In this document: piece after piece, positions 50,972-57,786 of the stretch
Layout of the letters: every line of letters starts with the position of its first letter
Position numbering within the stretch: position 1 is the stretch's first letter
Origin: an uncultured Bifidobacteriaceae bacterium
Lineage (GTDB): Bacteria > Verrucomicrobiota > Verrucomicrobiia > Limisphaerales > UBA11358
NCBI GenBank assembly: GCA_964538105.1
Contig: CAZIFP010000001.1
Location: forward strand, 1-57,786
Length of the DNA stretch: 57,786 nucleotides
Direction of reading: 5' to 3'
Position numbers and translations under genes: made by a program
The notes under the pieces: model-generated
Databases searched by the model: none
Seen by the model: the letters and a program-made list of their open reading frames with translations, nothing else
Told to the model about the DNA's origin: nothing

Positions 50972-52272
50972 ACTTTCGCGGCGGCTTCAGAGGTTTGAAA
51001 TTGTTTCAGATGTCGCCGCAGAAAAGGCAGGTGCGGCACGAGCGGCCAGCGTTGCTGGAGTTTGACGAGCAGGAAAAAGTATTTCAACCGCCAGCGCAGT
51101 TTCCACCCGCCTTCCAGCTCGCCCGCCAGCACGGCGTTCACCGCCGACGGCAGATCGTGGTGGTCGCGCGGCTGCAAAAAAAGTTCCATGAACGGCGTGG
51201 TGTAATAATTCTCCACGACATGCCAATAAAACATGAGTCCCTTGCGGACGCGCTTTTCGTAACTGGCAAACAGCCGGCGACTCGGTCGGCCTTGCGCGAG
51301 TGATTTCTGAACGGCTTCGGCGGCGATTTTTCCCGACCACATGGCAAGAAAAACTCCGGCGGAAAAAATCGGGTCCATGAAACCGGCGGCGTCGCCGACG
51401 CGCAGCAAACGGTCGCCGGTAAATTTGCGGTTGTAGTAGCTGAAATCGGTCGTCGTCTGGAGATCGCCGAGGCGGCGCGCATTTTTCATGCGCTCTTTGA
51501 CGGGCGGGCTGGATTCGATCCAACGGTGAAAAATTTCCTCGGGAGAGCCGCCGGTCTGGTTGAACTCGTCCTTGTCAATGACGAGACCGACGCTGGTTTT
51601 TTCGGCGGAGAGCGGAATGATCCAGAACCATTTGTTTTGGAGGCGGACGATGACGGTGTCGGTGTTGGCCTCGCCGGAGTCGCGCACGACATTTTCAAAA
51701 TGGCCGAAGACGGCGAGCTTTTTCCAGGTCGGGTGCATCTCGCGCAGATTTTCCTGGTTGCCGGTGAGGTTGCCGCGTCCGCTGGCATCAATCAGAAACG
51801 CCGCACGGAAATTGTAGGTTTTCCCGCCGGAATCGCGCGCCTCGACATTCACGCCTTCGGAATCAGAGACGGTTTTTATCACCGACCAACCTTCGCGGAC
51901 ATTCGCCCCGGACTCGCGGGCGTGCTTCAGCAGAACGTGATCAAAGGTTGCGCGTTCAACCTGGATGGCTTCCGGCTCGCGGTTGAATCTGCCCTGCCGG
52001 AAAACAAAGCGTGTGCTGATGGATCCATTGCCCAGTCCGAATTGCGCGCCGTATTTGCGCGGAAATCCCGCCGCCTGCAACGCGGGCAGGACGCCCATGT
52101 CGCGGAAAATGGTCATGTTGCAAGGCAGGAGCGATTCACCGATGTGAAAGCGCGGGAAAATTTCCTTTTCCAACACGAGCACCCGCTTGCCCGCCCGTGC
52201 GAGAAATGTGGCGGCGCTGCTGCCGCCCGGACCGCACCCGATGATCAGCGCGTCATAAGTATCCTGATTCAC
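50968..52272 (-). CDS. flavin-dependent halogenase (Trp-halogenase/FAD-dependent oxidoreductase family)
   Basis: The FAD-binding fold is GCGPGGSSAA (residues 13-22). The halogenase hallmark WxWxIP is WFWIIP (residues 215-220, nt 51613-51630, verified on the DNA). The second hallmark FxxPxxSxG is FMDPIFSAG (residues 298-306). Confidence 0.8.
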   Translation of the reverse strand: MNQDTYDALIIGCGPGGSSAATFLARAGKRVLVLEKEIFPRFHIGESLLPCNMTIFRDMGVLPALQAAGFPRKYGAQFGLGNGSISTRFVFRQGRFNREPEAIQVERATFDHVLLKHARESGANVREGWSVIKTVSDSEGVNVEARDSGGKTYNFRAAFLIDASGRGNLTGNQENLREMHPTWKKLAVFGHFENVVRDSGEANTDTVIVRLQNKWFWIIPLSAEKTSVGLVIDKDEFNQTGGSPEEIFHRWIESSPPVKERMKNARRLGDLQTTTDFSYYNRKFTGDRLLRVGDAAGFMDPIFSAGVFLAMWSGKIAAEAVQKSLAQGRPSRRLFASYEKRVRKGLMFYWHVVENYYTTPFMELFLQPRDHHDLPSAVNAVLAGELEGGWKLRWRLKYFFLLVKLQQRWPLVPHLPFLRRHLKQFQTSEAAAKV

Positions 52273-52373
52273 TGCGACAAGTTTGATGATGTGACGAATG
52301 TTGGCAAGCTTGGAAAGCTCCGGAAATGATTCAAGTGTTCGAGTCTGTCAGGTTGCAGTTGGGGAAAAACAGA

Positions 52374-52820
52374 TCATGGGGCAATTTTATCGCTCACCCA
52401 TTGGCGAACCTCAGCGAAACTCTTTGCCAGCGCGTCATAGGATTTTTGCGCACCGGCCTTGACGCTATCCCAGGTGGATTCAGTGGCGTTCGAGGCATCG
52501 GCCAGTTGCTGGTTCAGTTGCGCCACTTGATCGCGCAACGTCTGGAGTTTGGGCTTGGCTTCGGCCTTGATGGCGTCACTGGAGCTGTCAATTTTGGCGG
52601 AAAGCGTCGCCAAATCCTCGTTCAACGTGGCCACTTGAACCTGCATGGCTTTGACGAACTCCGCCTTCTGCGCGAAGGTATAATCCTTCATGTCCTGTGC
52701 CGTCTGCTTTGTTTCGGTTTGAACCTTGTCAATCTGCTGCGAGGTGGTTTGTTCCTTGTCGCAGCCGGTTGCGTAAACGGCAACGGAAAGTATTGAAGCA
52801 AGTAATATTTTATTATTCAT
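52374..52820 (-). CDS. small coiled-coil lipoprotein of unknown function
   Basis: MNNKILLASILSVAVYATGC (lipobox ATGC) is followed by Q/K/A/E-rich helical sequence. No family was recognised. Confidence 0.6.
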   Translation of the reverse strand: MNNKILLASILSVAVYATGCDKEQTTSQQIDKVQTETKQTAQDMKDYTFAQKAEFVKAMQVQVATLNEDLATLSAKIDSSSDAIKAEAKPKLQTLRDQVAQLNQQLADASNATESTWDSVKAGAQKSYDALAKSFAEVRQWVSDKIAP

Positions 52821-53252
52821 GGCTTCAAACATGACCTAACAAAATGCGATTGCCATGGGGTGTAACCCTACCGTGCATTTTGACAATTAGTTCAGAGTGG
52901 CAGCTGTGATTTTGAACCTTGAAGCCTAATACACGCTTTTCCTACGGAGGAAGAGACGATAACGCGATTTCATGTTCATGCGTCATCCATCCTGCCTTTG
53001 GGCTGGTTCCAGCGGTTGAGCCATTCTGAAACAATGCTGACGGAATGGTGAAACAATTTTGACCGAATTAAAAAAATGTTGGCCAAACCGATAGTCAATG
53101 GCTGTCCGAACTTCTTGATTCATTTGCTGCACACGCAGCTGCCTCCTCAAAACAATAATCAGGGTAACATTGTCTATAAGTCCCCAAATTAAAACCCAGG
53201 CAAGGCACTTTTATCAGGTGGCGCTTGCCAGGATTGCATGTCATCTCGTCAA

Positions 53253-56200
53253 TTATGGCAATGAGCTGGTCTTATAAAATGCCTTGCTGACCGATGGTGT
53301 GAACGAGAAGGTAATCACGCCCGTGGTGGCATTGGCCTGGTTGGTCACCACCGGGGTCCATGTCACCGGCACCGTCAGGCTCGGGGTGGTCAGCAGGACA
53401 TAATAGACATAAGGTATGCCATTAAAACTCACATTGTAACTGCTGCCGCTACGAACCGGTGCCGCCAAATGGTTATACCCGGTCGCCGATACGACGCTGA
53501 CCGTCACTGTATTCGTGGCGAACGCCCCATGACCATCACCGACAGTATAGGTGAACACATCGGTGCCGGTGTAACCACTGGTTGATGTGTAGGTAACATT
53601 GGTGCCATTGGGAGAACTCGCCGTGCCATTCGCCGGAGTTCCCACCGCCGTGATGGTCAGCGGATTATTGTTCGGGTCGGTCGGGGTATTTGCGCCGCCA
53701 ATGATCTTCAAAGAGGCGGGCTGACCGCTGACAGCACCCATGACTTGTGGACCGGCCACTGGCGGTTGATTCATAGTGCCGGAGCTGACGCTAACGGTGA
53801 CGGTATTCGTGCTAAAACCGCCGAAGCCGTCGCTGACCACATAGTTGAACGTATCCAGGCCATTATATCCGGTGGAATTCAAATAGGTAAGGTTGATGCC
53901 ATCGGTGGACGCCGTGCCGCCGTGCGCCGAAGAGCTTTGCGGCACCGTCACGGTCATTGGATCGCCGTCCGCGTCGGTTGGAATCCAGGCACCGCTGAAT
54001 ACATTGGTGCTGGAGGACACACCGCTGGTCGCGATCATGGCGATCGGATAGGTCACCGGCGGGTGGTTGGTGCCAATGACGAAGATCATGCCGCCCACCT
54101 GGCCTTGCGCGGTCGCTCCGCCCGGGCCTTGCCAATAACCATTAACCGCACCAGCCGAATTAGCCAGTGCCGCTCCGATCCTGGTGAAGGACATCGAGGT
54201 CGGAACTGCATTTGAGGGATCAACTCCTTGGAATACGATTTGAGCATTGGTGTTGCCGAAAAAGACGTTTGCCGCCCGGGTTAATCCATCCCAGCCCCAG
54301 ACCGCATACAAGGTTACTCTGGCACCCGTGGGGATCTGGCTCAATGTAAAGGTGGTGGGAGCAGTCGCCGACGATTCACTGTAGTATCCACTCTCCGTGA
54401 TAGGTTCAGTAGGGTCATTATTCTTCCAACTGCCAAAATTGGTGATGCTCAAAGCATAGGAAAACCCTACCACGCTGGACCATGTCTCGTTAAGCGGCGT
54501 ATTCAGCGCGGAACAATTAATCAGGGTAAAGCCGGCGGGAGGAATGGTGGTATCACCCGGCACACTAAAGTCTAAAGCCACCGTGTCATTCGGCGCTGCG
54601 ACGACATTGACTGCCCGGGTGTTCGTGATGGAATGGCCGGCGCTGGTCGTGGCCACATAGGTCACGGTGTAAGGACCAACCACGCTGGTATTCACCGTGC
54701 TGTTGGAACTTACGGCAACGAAGTCCTGTCCACACAGATCATACGCGGTTGCGCCGGCGTCCACATACGGGCTGTTCATCATGACGCTGATCGGGGAAAC
54801 GCCGTTGAGCGTCATCACCGGCGGTGCCTCATCTACGACCGGAAGAACAGTCGTGATGTTTGTCGCGCTGCCGAAGCCATTTTTTACGACTACCGTGTAG
54901 TTACCAGAAAAGCCCACGGTCGGATCCACCAAGGTATAGCTGGCATTCGTCGCCCCGGCAATCAGGTTGGTATGAATGTCATACCATTGGTAGGTGAATG
55001 GTGCTCCGCCGGAAGCCGTTGCGGTAAAGATGACGCTAACACCGCACTGTGGCTGGACTGAAGGCGGTGAAACAACTGCGGAGTGGGCCGGATAAGACTG
55101 GATGTTGATGATCATGCCGCCAATTTCACCTTCCGAAGCCGGGCCGGTGGGGCCATACCAGGTCCCGCTAACCGCGCCATTATTGGCCAAAGCCGAGCCG
55201 ATGAACTGGAAGTCAGCCTGGGTCGGCGGATTGGGTGAATTGGTGGTGATGCCGGTGGTCAACTGGTTCGTTGCCCCCGCGTAGATGATTTGGGCCGCCT
55301 TGGCGAGGCCACCCCAGGCATCAACCGCATAGATGTTAACCACCACGCCGGCCGGCAAGCCGCTCAAGGTGAAACTGGCCGGAGTATAGACACCGCCCAA
55401 ATCATAGTTATAGATGCCGGCGGTTGAAACATTGTAGTAAGTCAAATACGGCGACTGATCCCAACAACTGATATTTGTCAGGCTTAATACATAACTGCTG
55501 CCGGTTAACATCGGATCCGGGATTGAAACATCGCCATAGGTTCCTTGACCAATGTCAAAGGGTGCAACCGGGACGAAGCCGTCTGGGGCCGGATTGACAT
55601 CACTGGTTGACTGAAAGTCCAATTCCAACTGCACATCCGGCTGGATGTCTGTGGGGTCAATCACATAAACCGAACGCGACACGCTCCCGGGAACACCATC
55701 GCCGGTTGTGGCGGAATAGGTCAGGTTATATTGTCCCGCCACACTGGTATTGACGGCGCCGTTGGTGGTCACGGGCAAACTATTACCGGCGCAACTGTCA
55801 AAAGCCGTGGTGCCCGGGTCGGTCCAGATGCTGTTTTTCGCGATCGTAATCACACTATTTCCGTTCATGGTCATGACCGGCTGGGCGATGTCATAGATGC
55901 TGACCACGCACGAGGTGCTCGACGTCCAAGCCGAGTTGGTGGCGGTGGCGGTGAACTTATAGCTGCCGCTGGCAGAAGGATGCAATCCGGTCAATACGAG
56001 CGTAGCATTGGTGGCACCGGAGATTGGCAAATTGAAATTGTTAAACCATTGATACGTTGCCCCTCCCGGTGCTGCGGCAACAAAGGTAGCTCCGCCGCCA
56101 CAACTGTTGGTAACGCCGGATGGCAAAATGGTGATGGTATGGCCGACCGGGGCTTGAATGGCGAAAATCATTCCGCCGATTTGTCCCTGATGACCGGTTT

Positions 56201-57494
56201 GTCCAGTCCAGTTACCGCTCACCACGCCCGTGGCATCGGCCACCGCCGTTCCACAATTCATGAACGTCGTGGGCGAAGGCAGGGTGATGCCGGAGGCAAC
56301 ATTGAGCAAATTGGACGCACCACCGTAATAAATAATCGCAGCATTGTTGGCACCATCCCAGGCCCAGCACGCATACAGCGTCACCTGACTGCCGGGCACC
56401 AGTCCACTCACATAAAAGCTGTTCGTCGTGCCGGAATTGCAATAATAACCGTCACTGTCAATGGTGGTCCCGCCGCCTTTATATGAACCACTCACGTTCG
56501 TGAAACTAACCGTATAAGTGGTGCCGCCGACACTTGGCTCCGAAAAAATCATGTTGGCTGTAGAATAATTAAGCCGGTTAAATCCGGCAGGAGCGATTGT
56601 GCCGTCACCGTTTACCGCCAGATCCAGATTAAGAAAGTCGCTAAGCACCACATTGACCGTGCGGCTGATTGAATTCGAGATACCATCCGCGACGGCCGAG
56701 TAAGTCAGGGTATAGTTTCCAATGACGGAATTGTTCACGCTCCCATTGGTGGTCACGGTGAGCGGAGATCCGGAGCAGGATTCCACCGCCGTCGCTCCCG
56801 GATCGGTGAATGCGCTGTTCACCGGAATAAGCATTGGATTCAATCCGTTCAGCGTAATGACGGGCTGGCAAGGCTCAACGTCAAAAATGATCGCCCCCAT
56901 GTCACCTTCATTATTATTCGGCACGGTGCCAGGGCCATACCAGAGACCACTCACTTTGCCATTCACATCCACCACCGCGCGGCCCACCAATTGCATGTTG
57001 GTAATGCTGGGATTGGCCTCGGTTCCAGGGTCGGTGACCTGGTTGGTCACGCCCCCATATTCAAATTGAGGGCCTTGCGCCGTGCCGTTCCAGCCAACGC
57101 AGGCGTAGATTGCGACCGTGTTTCCCGCAGGCAGTCCGCTAAGGGTGAAATAGCCGGCACCATTGCCAGCTTGATTATAGAACCCGTCACTAGCCAAGGA
57201 TGTCGTTCCGGGGTTCCACGAACCAATGTTCGTCATGGAAAGCGTAAAGCCAGAACCGGCGACGTTGTCCCATTCATAGTAGCTCCCGTTGTTGAAGGTG
57301 TAGTTTCCAGTCCCCACCTTGGTAAAGCCGGCACCATTCGCCGCCAGCGCGTTGTTGCCCAAGTCCAACTGGATGACGGTGCCGCCAAACGCAGCTGACA
57401 ACAAGCCAAACCCGCACATCGCACCGATGAGGGCGCGCCTGGCCATCAAATGACTCCAAAGATTGGAGACACTATTTGTAATTATGTTTTTCAT
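53253..57494 (-). CDS. giant secreted repeat protein (4x unknown ~175-aa domain, 3x DUF5011-like Ig, 2x Ig-like, 2x cadherin-like, C-terminal beta-sandwich)
   Basis: An uninterrupted 1413-aa ORF with a signal-like N-terminus (MARRALIGAMCGFGLLSAAFGG). DUF5011-like modules are present (PVITLNGLNPMLIPVNSAFTDPGATA..., PVMTMNGNSVITIAKNSIWTDPGTTA..., PVMTLNGVSPISVMMNSPYVDAGATA...). The YQW Ig modules and the TDADGDPMTVTV / TDPNNNPLTITAV cadherin-like modules are also seen. Flanks are AT-rich. Confidence 0.85.
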   Translation of the reverse strand: MKNIITNSVSNLWSHLMARRALIGAMCGFGLLSAAFGGTVIQLDLGNNALAANGAGFTKVGTGNYTFNNGSYYEWDNVAGSGFTLSMTNIGSWNPGTTSLASDGFYNQAGNGAGYFTLSGLPAGNTVAIYACVGWNGTAQGPQFEYGGVTNQVTDPGTEANPSITNMQLVGRAVVDVNGKVSGLWYGPGTVPNNNEGDMGAIIFDVEPCQPVITLNGLNPMLIPVNSAFTDPGATAVESCSGSPLTVTTNGSVNNSVIGNYTLTYSAVADGISNSISRTVNVVLSDFLNLDLAVNGDGTIAPAGFNRLNYSTANMIFSEPSVGGTTYTVSFTNVSGSYKGGGTTIDSDGYYCNSGTTNSFYVSGLVPGSQVTLYACWAWDGANNAAIIYYGGASNLLNVASGITLPSPTTFMNCGTAVADATGVVSGNWTGQTGHQGQIGGMIFAIQAPVGHTITILPSGVTNSCGGGATFVAAAPGGATYQWFNNFNLPISGATNATLVLTGLHPSASGSYKFTATATNSAWTSSTSCVVSIYDIAQPVMTMNGNSVITIAKNSIWTDPGTTAFDSCAGNSLPVTTNGAVNTSVAGQYNLTYSATTGDGVPGSVSRSVYVIDPTDIQPDVQLELDFQSTSDVNPAPDGFVPVAPFDIGQGTYGDVSIPDPMLTGSSYVLSLTNISCWDQSPYLTYYNVSTAGIYNYDLGGVYTPASFTLSGLPAGVVVNIYAVDAWGGLAKAAQIIYAGATNQLTTGITTNSPNPPTQADFQFIGSALANNGAVSGTWYGPTGPASEGEIGGMIINIQSYPAHSAVVSPPSVQPQCGVSVIFTATASGGAPFTYQWYDIHTNLIAGATNASYTLVDPTVGFSGNYTVVVKNGFGSATNITTVLPVVDEAPPVMTLNGVSPISVMMNSPYVDAGATAYDLCGQDFVAVSSNSTVNTSVVGPYTVTYVATTSAGHSITNTRAVNVVAAPNDTVALDFSVPGDTTIPPAGFTLINCSALNTPLNETWSSVVGFSYALSITNFGSWKNNDPTEPITESGYYSESSATAPTTFTLSQIPTGARVTLYAVWGWDGLTRAANVFFGNTNAQIVFQGVDPSNAVPTSMSFTRIGAALANSAGAVNGYWQGPGGATAQGQVGGMIFVIGTNHPPVTYPIAMIATSGVSSSTNVFSGAWIPTDADGDPMTVTVPQSSSAHGGTASTDGINLTYLNSTGYNGLDTFNYVVSDGFGGFSTNTVTVSVSSGTMNQPPVAGPQVMGAVSGQPASLKIIGGANTPTDPNNNPLTITAVGTPANGTASSPNGTNVTYTSTSGYTGTDVFTYTVGDGHGAFATNTVTVSVVSATGYNHLAAPVRSGSSYNVSFNGIPYVYYVLLTTPSLTVPVTWTPVVTNQANATTGVITFSFTPSVSKAFYKTSSLP

Positions 57495-57786
57495 AGAGAG
57501 GTCGTTTTCGATCTTGCGTTTACATTTTCACAGCACTTTCCCATTAAAGAATTCAAGGAAGGAAACGGCACTAGTGTTTTTTATATGAAATATCTATTTG
57601 TGTCAATAAAAATACTACGTTTTTTCGGTTTACAGTATTACGTCATGTGCTGTTTGGTGTCGGATAATGGGATTGCAATTGAAAAACCATACGAGGGTTT
57701 TAATCACCGCTTTTAGCAGATATTGCTCAATTAGCTTTGAGGAAACGGGACGCGGCTCACATCAAACCAAAAGCCAAATGGCTGGG

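Noticed and set aside
33539-52272. Interpretation of the ACP/KS/FabZ genes as the housekeeping type II fatty acid synthesis (fab) operon
   Set aside because: There is no fabD, fabG, fabH or fabI and no plsX/rpmF context. The presence of halogenase, GT2, deacetylase, LolA-like, MMPL and adenylating enzyme genes is typical of specialised lipid/pigment clusters instead.
52983-53123. 46-codon minus-strand ORF (MNQEVRTAIDYRFGQHFFNSVKIVSPFRQHCFRMAQPLEPAQRQDG) in the AT-rich spacer
   Set aside because: It is too short and no family is recognised. It may be a gene remnant but nothing supports it. It is left unannotated.
57450-57716. 88-aa AT-rich plus-strand ORF upstream of the giant exoprotein gene
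   Set aside because: It overlaps the 5' end of the 1413-aa gene in antisense and an AT-rich promoter-like region. Its composition is unlike host genes.
1-57786. Search by eye for CRISPR arrays, rRNA, tRNA, tmRNA, RNase P, integrases/transposases, toxin-antitoxin pairs and known defence genes
   Set aside because: Nothing convincing was found. All spacers longer than 100 nt were read. None shows tRNA cloverleaf or T-arm (GGTTCGAATCC-like) signatures, regularly spaced direct repeats, or transposase-like ORFs. The structured stretch at 44540-44900 could not be matched to any RNA family from memory.

Overview
High-GC bacterial chromosomal window with about 45 supportable CDSs. Hand counts on single 60-nt lines give about 60-63% GC in core genes. 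I recognised no rRNA, tRNA, CRISPR array or intact IS element. Several markers point to a PVC-type organism (Verrucomicrobiota/Planctomycetota): a DUF1559 H-X9-DG prepilin-like protein, giant Ig-repeat exoproteins, REP-like palindromes and AATCNNN heptanucleotide repeats. This placement is an inference, not a search result.

Gene layout, left to right:
- carB (partial), a pseudopilin-like protein, a Tat-exported serine hydrolase and ruvB.
- A DHQS-family cyclase coupled to an NPP phosphodiesterase.
- A DEAD-box helicase with an RGG-rich partner.
- A complete liv-type branched-chain amino acid ABC transporter.
- An ImcH-like 7-heme inner-membrane cytochrome, a monoheme cytochrome c, and a System II cytochrome c maturation pair (resB/ccsA) preceded by an internally duplicated lipoprotein.
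- An ECF sigma module and an extended YihY/BrkB protein.
- A lower-GC 1146-aa secreted protein made of CarboxypepD_reg repeats.
- A multidomain GH13 amylase.

The most interesting content is a roughly 19.5-kb, two-part lipid/polyketide-like cluster at about 32.8-52.3 kb. Its parts are:
- ACP, a KS plus an inactive KS-like partner, and an adenylating enzyme.
- A HydE/BioB-like radical SAM enzyme and methyltransferases.
- A GT2, a NodB deacetylase and a PlsC-type acyltransferase.
- A FabZ-like dehydratase and a LolA-like carrier.
- An MMPL exporter fused to an LpxL-type acyltransferase, and a small lipoprotein.
- A flavin-dependent halogenase carrying the WxWxIP and FxxPxxSxG motifs.

The cluster resembles aryl-polyene/xanthomonadin clusters. 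It differs in lacking a dedicated KR/TE and in having the radical SAM enzyme and the exporter-acyltransferase fusion.

The window ends with a 1413-aa exoprotein built from four copies of an unrecognised ~175-aa domain interleaved with Ig-like modules.

AT-rich heptanucleotide tandem repeats occur at three places: once exactly in frame inside a CDS, and twice inside the lipid cluster.
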